Shown here piece after piece: positions 51,736 to 61,160 of a stretch of DNA of 64,000 bases; positions within the stretch are counted from its first letter, which is position 1; each line of letters starts with the position of its first letter. The stretch is from Bacteroidales bacterium (GTDB lineage Bacteria; Bacteroidota; Bacteroidia; Bacteroidales; GCA-2748055): contig JAXGMU010000010.1 in assembly GCA_040768485.1 (NCBI GenBank), forward strand, positions 1,477-65,476. The letters are read 5' to 3'. Position numbers and translations under genes: made by a program. The notes beneath the pieces are model-generated. The model was not told the DNA's origin. It saw nothing but the letters and a program-made list of their open reading frames with translations, and did no database searches.

Positions 51736-53644
51736 ACTCAGGATATACGATCTCAGGTTTAATGATCCGCGGGAAAACGAATTGGAGATAGTACATGTAC
51801 GTATCCCCCATTTCCCAGTAAAGGACGTTCCTTGCCATATTTCTCTGGCCTTCATATTTCCGGAGTGTGGCCTTGAATTGCTCGAACCGGTTCCTGGTGG
51901 TGGGACGGATTTCGTATGTTTCTTCCTCCTCGACACCCTTCCTGTCGCCGTACATCAGGATCGCTTCTTCGAAGATTTCCACAGGTGCGGCAAAATACCT
52001 GTCCGCATCTTTGTACAGTTCCAGAAAACGCTCCGGCTGGGAATCCAGGAGATAGTAAAGCATCAGGTACTCATAAGCACGTCTGTTCTTTTCGTTGGCT
52101 TCCAGGAGTTCACATAATCTTTCTTCAATCAGGGGGCTCAGCTCTTTTCCGGCCGGGATACAGTGTCTTTTTTCCATGATCTCCGGCCGGGATCGTACAA
52201 GGGAGGTATCATTCACGTAAGGGCTGTACTCTCTGATAAATTTCCTGTTGGTAAGTCCCCTCTCCAGCATATGCAGGCACCTTTCTGCCGCCCTGTATTC
52301 GCCCGTGACCAGGTGTGTCTTCACCAGGAGGCGCAGTGCCCGGGGACTGTAAGGGTAATAGACCAGCGCGGTATGGGCCCAGTGCCTGGCTTCGCTGATG
52401 TACCCCAGGTCGTAGTAAAAATCAGCCGCAATGAAGGCCATTTCCAGTGAGAATTCCGCATCCGGGTACAATGCATCCGTTCCCGAGATCTGCAGGAAAT
52501 TGAAGAAGTCTTCCATCAGGGTTCCCGCTTTCGCGATGGCCAGGTTGTGGTTCAGGTTGGCTGCAAAGCTGTATTCTTCAACCGAACTGGCCGCCCTCAC
52601 AGCTCTGGTTGAATGGCCATGATAGCAGTGGTAATCGCTTGCCACAATGTTCCTGGCATCTGCCCGGAAGGAGGCAATGTGACCGAATACGGCCAGCGCG
52701 ATGAGCACGATCCATGCCACGGGTGCACCCGCTGGTGCCGTAACCAACTCCGGGGAGGTTCCTTCCTGATTCTGACCGGGAACCCTCCTGGCATGGCCTG
52801 CCCCTGTTGTTTTCCGTAGGGACCTGCTCCGGACTGCATCCAGCACCGCCATGATACGCGCCATGACGAGCAGGAAGGGGACCGACAGCAGCCAGCCGTA
52901 AAATACCCAGTTGGGCTCATAGGCCATGAAATAGAGTTTCGGGGGGAAGAAAAAGAAGTAAGTCTGATCCGGAGGGATGGCAAACACCCTGTCTGCGGCG
53001 ATCCACGGAACAAAGATGCTGAAAGCTGCGATGAAGGAGATCAGTGACAGGCTGATCCACCACCTGAATTTCAGGGAAATCAGCAACGCGATCAGTGAAA
53101 ACAGCAACAGGTATCCGCTGCCGCACAGATAATAAACCGATGCGGCGCCGGCTGTGTAGATCAGCAACATGCCCGCTGGGGTATTGCCTTTGCGGGCGGC
53201 AAACAGCGAAAAGAGCAATACCATCAATACAGCCGTGATCACAGAAAAGGGCAGATTGTAATTGTTGGCCATGACTAGGGCCAGGGTCAGGGGGACAAGC
53301 GCCCAGATCCGGTTCAGCCTGGTCGGGTGGACCGTGTTCATCAACTCTAATGCGAGCCAGGCAACGGCCAGCGCAACGGCCATGAATACAACAGGGCCCA
53401 GGAACCAGCTGTAAAAGGACTGCATGACCAGATTGGCCAGCAGCTCAGAAAAACCGCCCGGGTGTTCAAAATAGCCGGCCAGGTAATCCGTGGCAAGGAG
53501 AAATGAGGGCTGGGAATGATGGGAATAGAATGCGGGACTTACGACAGTGGCCAGGTACAGGAATGCTAGGAGCAGGTACGCTCCCGGGATGATCCTGTCA
53601 ATGATCCCTGGATATTTATTAACCATGCTGTAAGTTTTCCGCAT
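51716..53644 (-). CDS. Polytopic membrane protein with a C-terminal TPR-like helical domain (DUF6057-like; module copy A, upstream gene)
   Basis: About 9-10 hydrophobic segments in the first roughly 330 aa, then a helical-repeat region with DFYYDLGYISEARHWAHTAL, AYEYLMLYYLL, EEAILMY and GDTYMYYLQF. The same blocks are present in 53722-55491. Confidence 0.8.
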   Translation of the reverse strand: MRKTYSMVNKYPGIIDRIIPGAYLLLAFLYLATVVSPAFYSHHSQPSFLLATDYLAGYFEHPGGFSELLANLVMQSFYSWFLGPVVFMAVALAVAWLALELMNTVHPTRLNRIWALVPLTLALVMANNYNLPFSVITAVLMVLLFSLFAARKGNTPAGMLLIYTAGAASVYYLCGSGYLLLFSLIALLISLKFRWWISLSLISFIAAFSIFVPWIAADRVFAIPPDQTYFFFFPPKLYFMAYEPNWVFYGWLLSVPFLLVMARIMAVLDAVRSRSLRKTTGAGHARRVPGQNQEGTSPELVTAPAGAPVAWIVLIALAVFGHIASFRADARNIVASDYHCYHGHSTRAVRAASSVEEYSFAANLNHNLAIAKAGTLMEDFFNFLQISGTDALYPDAEFSLEMAFIAADFYYDLGYISEARHWAHTALVYYPYSPRALRLLVKTHLVTGEYRAAERCLHMLERGLTNRKFIREYSPYVNDTSLVRSRPEIMEKRHCIPAGKELSPLIEERLCELLEANEKNRRAYEYLMLYYLLDSQPERFLELYKDADRYFAAPVEIFEEAILMYGDRKGVEEEETYEIRPTTRNRFEQFKATLRKYEGQRNMARNVLYWEMGDTYMYYLQFVFPRIIKPEIVYPEYEEAPI

Positions 53645-53721
53645 TGCTTCCGGACATTCAAAAATAGAAAATGATTCAGAATTGCATATTATTTATTACT
53701 TTTCGATGAGGAAATACACCC

Positions 53722-55491
53722 ATGAGGCAGGTGAGAGCGATAAGGATCGCCGCTTACACCGGATTCATTCTGATCCTGGTCTACCTTTTCTGGTATCTCA
53801 GGCAGGTGGATCTTTCGCTGTTTTATTACTGGCAGCAGTCAGTGCCACTTCCCTTCCGAAATTCCCTTGCAGTCCCGGGTGGTGTGGCCGCTTTTCTGGG
53901 GGACTGGTTCCTGGAGACGCTGACCGGTTCCCTGAAGGGAAGCATCTTTGTGGTCCTGATCGTGGGTGTTGTGTTTTTCTCCCTTCATGTGATCTTCAGG
54001 CGGATGAAGGATACTCCGCTGTTTTACATCCTGTTGCTGGCGGCCCTCATCCCCTTCATTATGCTTTTTGCCCGTTACAGGCTGCCGGCCGGACTAATCC
54101 TGAGCCTGGCCACAGGTTTCCTGCTGGCAGCGCTCCACAGCCTATACGATCCCCGTAACACCGGGATCGCCACGGCATACAATTTCCTTTTTGCCATTCT
54201 GGTGTACATGGTGGCGGGAGCGGCAGGACTGGTCATCCTGCTGCAGGCGGTGATCATCCGGGCGGTAGCTTCCAGAAAGTACAGGGCGCTTCTCACGGTC
54301 ATCCCCGTGCTGGCAGTCCCATTGCTCCACCTCCTGTTCGATGGTTCGTTAACCCTGAAGCAGGCTTACCTGGGTTCATTTTTAATCTCGAAATACGATG
54401 AGCTTCCGGTGACGGTCTACTTCAGCCTCCTTTCACCGCTTCTGATCTTCCTGCTGTATGCGGGACTGGATGCCTGGCTGTCGCGCTTCACCAGGAAATG
54501 GATGTTCCCGGCATGCGGTGCCGGGATCCTTGTGGTCCTTTTCGTCCTGTTCTTTGCATCACGGTCAGCGATCAACGATCAGGAGCGGGAGGTTTTCCGC
54601 ATTTACCAGGCTGCTTTCCGGAAGGACTGGCAGGAAGTGATCAGGCTCACCAGCGGGAGGCCTTATCTGAACCAGCTGGTGCAGTACGAAGTGAACAAGG
54701 CTCTGTACCACACCGGCCGGTTGCTGGATGATTTGTTCCTCTACCCCCAGAATTACGGAGAAAAAGCACTTTTCCTGGAAGGGAACGCTTCCAGCCGGAT
54801 AGCCATTCATATGATCAGTTATTATTATGACATGGGCTTCGCCAGTGAAGCCAGGCACTGGGCCAACGAGGCGCATGTGGGTCTGATGCGGCATCCCGTT
54901 GTGCTGAAGAACCTGGCCATGACCTACCTTGCCATGGGCTATGACGAGGCGGCCCGGAAGTACCTGCGGATCCTTTCGGGTTCAGGTCTCCACAGGGATT
55001 GGTCCGATCGGGTGCTACAGATGATCGAAAACGGGACAGCCGGGGAGGATCCGGAAATCCGCTTCTTCAGGCGCAATGATCCTGAGACTGACTTTTTTGC
55101 GGAGACCGGTAATCCGACGAGGAAGCTGAAAGCCTTTTATCTGAACAATCCGGACAACCAGATGGCCTTTGAATTCCTGATCGCCAGCTATCTTTTGCAG
55201 CACAGGCTGGGTGATGTGATCAGTTATATACCGGTCTTCAGGGAACATGGCTATTCAAAACTCCCGAAGGCAGTGGAGGAAGCGATCCTGATCTATGTGA
55301 CCAGGAGCCGGGATAACAGGGTTCCCATGGCCGGATACCGGATCACTCAGCAGGAATGGGAAGATTTTCAGGATTTCAGCCGCCTGGTTGCGAGCACCGC
55401 CGACAGGAATGAACGGATCAGCAAGGTCTCAAAATACGGAAATACCTACTGGTTTTACATTTTATTCACCAGCCCGTATGCATCGAAATAA
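53722..55491 (+). CDS. Polytopic membrane protein with a C-terminal TPR-like helical domain (DUF6057-like; module copy B, upstream gene)
   Basis: Multiple TM segments, then SYYYDMGFASEARHWANEAH, AFEFLIASYLL, EEAILIY and GNTYWFYILF. Divergent from copy A across a 77-bp spacer. Confidence 0.8.
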   Translation: MRQVRAIRIAAYTGFILILVYLFWYLRQVDLSLFYYWQQSVPLPFRNSLAVPGGVAAFLGDWFLETLTGSLKGSIFVVLIVGVVFFSLHVIFRRMKDTPLFYILLLAALIPFIMLFARYRLPAGLILSLATGFLLAALHSLYDPRNTGIATAYNFLFAILVYMVAGAAGLVILLQAVIIRAVASRKYRALLTVIPVLAVPLLHLLFDGSLTLKQAYLGSFLISKYDELPVTVYFSLLSPLLIFLLYAGLDAWLSRFTRKWMFPACGAGILVVLFVLFFASRSAINDQEREVFRIYQAAFRKDWQEVIRLTSGRPYLNQLVQYEVNKALYHTGRLLDDLFLYPQNYGEKALFLEGNASSRIAIHMISYYYDMGFASEARHWANEAHVGLMRHPVVLKNLAMTYLAMGYDEAARKYLRILSGSGLHRDWSDRVLQMIENGTAGEDPEIRFFRRNDPETDFFAETGNPTRKLKAFYLNNPDNQMAFEFLIASYLLQHRLGDVISYIPVFREHGYSKLPKAVEEAILIYVTRSRDNRVPMAGYRITQQEWEDFQDFSRLVASTADRNERISKVSKYGNTYWFYILFTSPYASK

Positions 55492-57025
55492 GATCATATC
55501 CCGGCCCCTGATATTGCTCTGCTGCATGTCACTGGCAGCGGCCTGCGGACCCTCCCCCGGTGGACTTGAAAAAGCCGGCGAACCGCTGGAAATCTATCCC
55601 GATTATACCTCGGTGGTCATTCCTCCGAATATCGCCCCTTTGAATTTCCTCATTGAGAACCAGGGGACAGGCTTCATTGCTGTGCTTGAAAATGAGCAGG
55701 GGGACAGGAGCCGTATAAGAAGTAACAAGGGGATTATTCAGATTCCCCGGAGGGCCTGGAAGAGATTGCTTGAAAAGGGCAGGGGAGGGAGTCTGACGAT
55801 CACGGTACTGAGGAAGGACCGCAGCAAAAGCTGGCAGGAATTCTCCCCGGTGCACAACCGGATTGCCGGTGACAAAATCGATCCGTATATCGCCTTCAGG
55901 AAGATACCGCCCGCGAACATTTACTGGAAAAACATGGGGATTTACCAGCGCTGCCTGGAAAGTTTCAGGGTGACCCCCATCATGGAGAACAGTCTGACGG
56001 AAGAGAATTGCATGAACTGCCATTCATTCAACGGATGCGATCCTTCACAAATGTTGTTCCACATGCGCGGGGTATACGGTGGAACGGTGATCAGGAACGG
56101 GGAAGAGACCCTGTTTGTAGACACCAAAAGCGACCATACCCGCAGTGCGGGAGTGTACCCTTCCTGGCACCCGAACGGAAAACTGATCGCTTTTTCCGCC
56201 AACATGGTCCGCCAGGGATTTCATGCCAGCATGGGAAAGATCGATTATGTGCATGACAGGTACTCCGACATCGTGCTGTACGACGTGGAGAACAATACCG
56301 TGACAAGGCCTGCCCAGCTGGCCACCGGGAAACTTGAAAATGTTCCGGCATGGTCGTCTGACGGCCGGAAGCTCTATTACACCTGCGCTGAGGAGGGGAC
56401 CGACACGCTTCCTTATTACAGCAAGCAGTACAGCCTGATGAGCATTGGTTTCGATCCCGAGACCAGGATCTTCGGAACCCGGGATACCCTCATCAGCTGG
56501 AGGGATTTCGGCAAGAGCGTCACGTTTCCCAGGGAACGGCCCACCGGAGGGGTCATCGCATTCATCGGAGCGGATTACGGGTATTTTACCATATACAACA
56601 AAGAGGCCGATGTCTATTTTCTCCGCACGGATAACGGGCAGATCACCAGGCCGGATGTCAATTCGACGCTTACCGAGAGCTATCCCAGCTGGTCTTCCGG
56701 CGGATCGTGGCTCATGTTTGTGAGCAAGCGGGATGACGGCATCCACTCCCAGGTCTGGTTCAGCCATGTGGACGGGAACGGGGTGGCGGCAAAGCCTTTT
56801 GTACTACCCCAGAAGGATCCCGAGTTTTACCGGACGTACATGTACAATTACAACCGGCCCGAATTCATCAGGGGGAAGGTGGATCTAACCCCCAGGAAGG
56901 TCTTTGCCCTTGCAAGGGAAGGTGCGGACACCACCCGCTTCAACATGGCAGCGAGCATCAGCGCAGCCACCGGGGCCACAGCCCCGGCGGAAGAAAAGCA
57001 AAGTGTTTTCTATCACCACGACTGA
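55478..57025 (+). CDS. Lipoprotein with a conserved CMNCH (CxxCH) motif and a PD40/TolB-like beta-propeller (module copy B, downstream gene)
   Basis: MHRNKIISRPLILLCCMSLAAAC signal. IPPNIAPLNFLI block. NCMNCHSF at 56009-56023. PD40-like repeats (YPSWHPNGKLIAFS, VPAWSSDGRKLYY, YPSWSSGGSWLMFVSKR). ATG 55478 overlaps the upstream gene end by 14 nt. Confidence 0.8.
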   Translation: MHRNKIISRPLILLCCMSLAAACGPSPGGLEKAGEPLEIYPDYTSVVIPPNIAPLNFLIENQGTGFIAVLENEQGDRSRIRSNKGIIQIPRRAWKRLLEKGRGGSLTITVLRKDRSKSWQEFSPVHNRIAGDKIDPYIAFRKIPPANIYWKNMGIYQRCLESFRVTPIMENSLTEENCMNCHSFNGCDPSQMLFHMRGVYGGTVIRNGEETLFVDTKSDHTRSAGVYPSWHPNGKLIAFSANMVRQGFHASMGKIDYVHDRYSDIVLYDVENNTVTRPAQLATGKLENVPAWSSDGRKLYYTCAEEGTDTLPYYSKQYSLMSIGFDPETRIFGTRDTLISWRDFGKSVTFPRERPTGGVIAFIGADYGYFTIYNKEADVYFLRTDNGQITRPDVNSTLTESYPSWSSGGSWLMFVSKRDDGIHSQVWFSHVDGNGVAAKPFVLPQKDPEFYRTYMYNYNRPEFIRGKVDLTPRKVFALAREGADTTRFNMAASISAATGATAPAEEKQSVFYHHD

Positions 57026-57355
57026 CAAAGGCCGAGCCCGGAGGATGACATAACGCTCCCGATGCGCAGCACTTGCCTCAGAAATACCGGCTGAAATAGG
57101 TGAACAGGAGGGCACCGACTGGTAGCTGTAGCAGATCTCGGGATTGTAAATGGTAGTGCTGGTATTGCCACCCGTGGTCCTGATATTTTTGGCCACATCC
57201 GATTCAAGCACTTTTCCAGTGGCCTGCCGCCAGAATTCCGTTTTCCTGGCTTTGTACATGGACACCAGTGCCGAGACGATCATTACCAGTCCGATCAGGC
57301 TGATGAACAGTGAAAACATGAAGGCTCCGTTGCTGAAAAATCCTTCCATGTACAA
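56885..57355 (-). CDS. Small membrane-anchored protein, DUF3592-like N-terminal part; 3' end doubtful
   Basis: FMFSLFISLIGLVMIVSALVSMY TM segment, followed by W..ATGKVLESDV...IYNPEICYSYQ, which resembles DUF3592. The last roughly 140 nt overlap the convergent gene 55478-57025, and that part has no family-like sequence. Confidence 0.4.
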   Translation of the reverse strand: MYMEGFFSNGAFMFSLFISLIGLVMIVSALVSMYKARKTEFWRQATGKVLESDVAKNIRTTGGNTSTTIYNPEICYSYQSVPSCSPISAGISEASAAHRERYVILRARPLSVVVIENTLLFFRRGCGPGGCADARCHVEAGGVRTFPCKGKDLPGG

Positions 57356-57367
57356 ACTCCTGCAGGG

Positions 57368-60300
57368 TTACAATTTCTGGATCTTTCCGCGGTGGATCGA
57401 ACCGTCTGATTCGATCCGGATGATATAGAAACCCGGGTCCAGCCTGCTCAGATCCACCTGGTTTTGCTGATGCACCTCCAGCACCTGTTCCCCGAGCATG
57501 TTGTACAGCCGGGCCGTGAATTGCCCCCGGCATTCGATATGCAGGATATCGGCGACCGGATTCGGGTAATACCGTACCGGAATCTCCTTCTGATCCATTA
57601 GCCCGGTGGATTCCTGCACGCTGATGTAACCGGTTTTTGTCTGGGTGTTCGACCCGGCTGCATTGGAGGTGGTCAGGGATACCTGGAATAAACCCGGATT
57701 CTGGTAGGTCACCAGCGGGTTCTGCTCGGAGGAGGTTCCAGGGGTGCCTCCCTCGAAGGTCCAGTTCCAGGCGGTGGGCTCGTTGATGGAGATATCAATG
57801 AACTGGACAACCAGCGGTGCGTTCCCGGATTTCACATCCACCGTGAAGTTGGTGACCGGTGCCAGTTCCAGGTCCCTCGTTCCATTCGCATAATATACCC
57901 CCCACACGGCGTCGGGAATGATGGGTACCGGGTTCCCCAGTCCCGTTATTTTATTTTCCGCCACTCCGATATATGCAACGAGATCTTCATAGTCCGGGTA
58001 ATTGACCTGGTCCTGGTAATCGAACAGGATCCGGTCATCCGCTTTTGAAAATGAGGGAAATCCCAGCCGGGTATTCCCGGTGATCACATCCAGTTCGCCC
58101 GTCAGCAGGTCCGCTCCCAGGATGCCATAGATGTCCTCATATTCATCCAGGTAGTCGAAGGCAATGATGTTGGGCGAGTTTTTTGAAAACACCGGATTCC
58201 CCACACTCACATTCTCCGGCAGCGACCCGAAGAGCTTGGAGATGGAGCCGTCCCCGAAATCACCTGCCTGGTTGTCCCATACCCGGATAAAGCCGATGTC
58301 CCAGTAACTGATGGGATCCCCTTCGGCGGTGGTCAGTTCATTGTATGCATCGTACATCAGGTATTCACCCGAATGGTCGAACTCGATGGCATCGGCATAC
58401 AGCACACCCCCCGTATTCGTCCCGGAATGACTGGTTGTGGGATTGTACAGCTGGAATTTCGCCCACTGTTCCGAGGTGAAATCATACACGTAGATGGCCG
58501 TATCCAAATACACACTGATGCACGCCATCCGGTTCCCGTCCCTGGAAACGGTTACATTGTCCCAGACCTCCTGGTCTGAGATGATCCATTCCTCCGGATT
58601 GGACGGATCCGTGTAGATACCCCTGATCTTCGAATCCCCGGATACGAAGACGGCCACGCTGCCGTCGTCGATCACGGACACTTTTCGTTTCAAGTCTGTT
58701 GTGGTCAGCGGATAAAAATCCGCTCCTGTCGCAGTGCACCTGTACAGCGTATTCGGGTCGTCGGGATTTGTGTCGTAGGAGAGGATGTATTCATCCCCGG
58801 TATTTTCCGGGTACTCCTGTTCGTATTCCACCTGCTCCTCATCAAAGATGCCCACCGCATCGAACGCCTTGCCGGCCTCTTCCACCTCTGAGGAGGATTC
58901 CCCGTACAGGTCCTTTGCAGCCTGCACCACGGCGATCCTGAAGTCGATAAACTGGGACTTGGTGGTCAGGTAATTGGCCAGGGCCCGGTAAAACACCTGT
59001 TCGGCCTTTTCCTTGCTGACCGCGGTGGCGAACCTGTAATAGGCATGGCTCCCGATGCTGTTGTTGATATGCACCCCGCCGTTGTCCTCGTCACCAATGT
59101 ACATTTCCGACACATGCGCCGGCTGCCAGTAATGGTCATTCAGGCTGCTGCCTTCGTTATGGGGATCGGCCATGTTCCGCATGGTTCCTGAAGGAAAGTA
59201 CTGTGTTCTCACCACATCCTCGCCGATGAGCCAGTCCTCCCTGTCCACCATGGCCCCGAAAATATCCGCATAGGTTTCGTTGATCGCTCCCGGCTGGTCC
59301 CTGTACTCCAGGTTGGCCGTATTCTCCACCACTCCGTGCCCCATTTCGTGGGCCACCACGTCCAGTCCCCCCGCCAGGTTGTACAGTGCCGTCCCGCCGT
59401 TTCCGAAATAGATTACGGGTGAACTCCAGAAGGCGTTATCCATACCGCTGCCAGCCTCATTGCTGAGGTTGACCACCCCGGTAATGGTCATACCCTGGTT
59501 GTTCAGGGAGTTCCTCCCGAAGGTGTTTTCAAGGTATTTGTATGTCTTCGTGGCCGCGTAATGCAACGATACCGCGGCCGGGTTGTTCCATGTATTGTCG
59601 TAGGAACTGACGATCGTAAAGTTGCCCGGGGAGATGCTGGCGTCAAATGTTCTGATGATCCCCTCTCCTTTTTCAGCATTGAACATGGATTCCGCCAGGT
59701 TGATCATGTAATAGGTCCCGTTTTCCAGGTACGTGTCGAATGTTCTCAGCACGCCATTCAGGTCATACCCAGTGGAAACCACCGGTCCGTCCGTTTTCGT
59801 ATTGTTGTAAGAGGAGACCACCTGGCCGGAGACGGCCTCCACGAAATATTTCCAGGTTTCGATAAACCCGGACCTGATGTCGATCTCGTAACAAAGCAGA
59901 GCATTCCCGGATGCATCCTGGCAGATCACCAGGCGGGAGGAGGGGGTGTTGTTACCCAGGAAAGTCTTTTGTGCAGCGGTCAGCTCGCGCCACCTGTTAT
60001 TCTTCCTCAGATCGGCAATGGCAAGACCGACAGCACGCCCTGCATCGAGCTGCGGGATCACATCAGGCATCTCCGTTGCATTGCATAGCCTTCCTGTGAA
60101 GATCTCCTTTTCCAGGTCCATGTGCAGTACCACCTCGGCACCATGGACCGGCACTCCCCGGTGCTGCTGGTAGGCCCTCACATGTGTGATTCCCAGGTCG
60201 TCTGTGTATACTTTGGTGATCATCAAATCATTGGCCGGATCTTCCAGAAGGGTCACCTCTTTCGTGACCGAGAAGAACTCCCGGAAGCGCTCCTCCGGGG

Positions 60301-60676
60301 CAAGTGCGGTGGCCGATTTCAGGTCGCCCCGGGTGCGTTCGATAAAGACCGGGCTCCCGGATTCCCTGGAACGGACCACACGCTTGATGGAGGGATCACA
60401 AAGGGCGACCGGTTTGCTGAACCGGGGTAATTGTCTGAATTTCATGCCGGATTCCGATGCCCCTGCCTGAGATGACCCTGCTTCATATGGACCGGCCTCA
60501 AAAGACGCGGTCCCGGCAGATTTAAGGGTACCTGAATGGCTGACCGTCCTGTAGCTGAAGGAGGGCCGGGGAGGTATCTCTGACTTTTTTTCCGGGGACT
60601 TGAATGAATGCTCCGGCTGGGCGTGAGCGGTACACACCGCCATCGAAATGACGGCACAGATGAACATCCGTTTCAT
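57368..60676 (-). CDS. M4 (thermolysin-family) metallopeptidase with a propeptide, a large C-terminal extension, a PKD domain and a T9SS sorting domain
   Basis: VVAHEMGHGV (HExxH) plus GAINETYADIFG (third ligand Glu). N-terminal FTP/PepSY-like propeptide region. PKD-like APLVVQFIDIS...WNWTFEGG...YQNPGLFQVSLTTSN. C-terminal RYYPNPVADILHIEC...GFYIIRIE...IQKL. Confidence 0.9.
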   Translation of the reverse strand: MKRMFICAVISMAVCTAHAQPEHSFKSPEKKSEIPPRPSFSYRTVSHSGTLKSAGTASFEAGPYEAGSSQAGASESGMKFRQLPRFSKPVALCDPSIKRVVRSRESGSPVFIERTRGDLKSATALAPEERFREFFSVTKEVTLLEDPANDLMITKVYTDDLGITHVRAYQQHRGVPVHGAEVVLHMDLEKEIFTGRLCNATEMPDVIPQLDAGRAVGLAIADLRKNNRWRELTAAQKTFLGNNTPSSRLVICQDASGNALLCYEIDIRSGFIETWKYFVEAVSGQVVSSYNNTKTDGPVVSTGYDLNGVLRTFDTYLENGTYYMINLAESMFNAEKGEGIIRTFDASISPGNFTIVSSYDNTWNNPAAVSLHYAATKTYKYLENTFGRNSLNNQGMTITGVVNLSNEAGSGMDNAFWSSPVIYFGNGGTALYNLAGGLDVVAHEMGHGVVENTANLEYRDQPGAINETYADIFGAMVDREDWLIGEDVVRTQYFPSGTMRNMADPHNEGSSLNDHYWQPAHVSEMYIGDEDNGGVHINNSIGSHAYYRFATAVSKEKAEQVFYRALANYLTTKSQFIDFRIAVVQAAKDLYGESSSEVEEAGKAFDAVGIFDEEQVEYEQEYPENTGDEYILSYDTNPDDPNTLYRCTATGADFYPLTTTDLKRKVSVIDDGSVAVFVSGDSKIRGIYTDPSNPEEWIISDQEVWDNVTVSRDGNRMACISVYLDTAIYVYDFTSEQWAKFQLYNPTTSHSGTNTGGVLYADAIEFDHSGEYLMYDAYNELTTAEGDPISYWDIGFIRVWDNQAGDFGDGSISKLFGSLPENVSVGNPVFSKNSPNIIAFDYLDEYEDIYGILGADLLTGELDVITGNTRLGFPSFSKADDRILFDYQDQVNYPDYEDLVAYIGVAENKITGLGNPVPIIPDAVWGVYYANGTRDLELAPVTNFTVDVKSGNAPLVVQFIDISINEPTAWNWTFEGGTPGTSSEQNPLVTYQNPGLFQVSLTTSNAAGSNTQTKTGYISVQESTGLMDQKEIPVRYYPNPVADILHIECRGQFTARLYNMLGEQVLEVHQQNQVDLSRLDPGFYIIRIESDGSIHRGKIQKL

Positions 60677-61113
60677 TGTTTCTGTTTTGGAAGGGTGGTG
60701 ACCAGGGTTTTATAAAAGTTTTTAACAGCGGTATTTTCAGAGGATTCGGTCCATGTGACCCTGTACACGGTGTCGGAAATGACCTCCAGGAAATAGGTCA
60801 TGTTCCCCACCTCATCCAGTTCCATGGTTCCCAAATGCAGGCTGTCCAGTTCGCTTTTGATCTGTTTCATCAGGGGACGCTTCACCTTGTTTATCTCCTC
60901 AAGCTCCTCTTCGGTCTCTTTGTAAACGTGTCCGTCCCTCTCCAGGACATACTTCTCGGTAAGGTTCGCGAATCCTCCGCTTTTACCGAAGCAAATGGTA
61001 TCAAAGGCCATGTGGTTCCCTGCAAGATTGCCCTTCGGGGCGCAGTGGCTGAACATCAGCACAAATGCCGTGACAGCCGCCGGAATGATAATGAAGGATA
61101 ATTTCTTTGACAT
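60673..61113 (-). CDS. Small lipoprotein, hypothetical (co-transcribed immediately upstream of the M4 protease)
   Basis: MSKKLSFIIIPAAVTAFVLMFSHC lipobox. About 146 aa. ATGA stop/start overlap with the M4 gene. No motif recognised. Confidence 0.6.
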   Translation of the reverse strand: MSKKLSFIIIPAAVTAFVLMFSHCAPKGNLAGNHMAFDTICFGKSGGFANLTEKYVLERDGHVYKETEEELEEINKVKRPLMKQIKSELDSLHLGTMELDEVGNMTYFLEVISDTVYRVTWTESSENTAVKNFYKTLVTTLPKQKQ

Positions 61114-61160
61114 AACGGTTGGTTTCTGACATGGATGGTTCATTTTACGTACTGATCATT

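Noticed and set aside
51736-51936. N-terminal extension of the propeller lipoprotein ORF (track start 51936), and likewise 55388-55477 for its paralogue
   Set aside because: Both extensions lie inside the upstream membrane-protein genes and encode no signal. The internal ATGs give lipoprotein signal peptides and symmetric short overlaps in both module copies.
57078-57125. Possible frameshift in the DUF3592-like gene. A shifted frame would read ...VGALLFTYFSRYF* and stop at 57078, avoiding the overlap with the neighbouring gene.
   Set aside because: The shifted tail is short and does not clearly match the family. There is no homopolymer at the putative shift site, so this is pure speculation.
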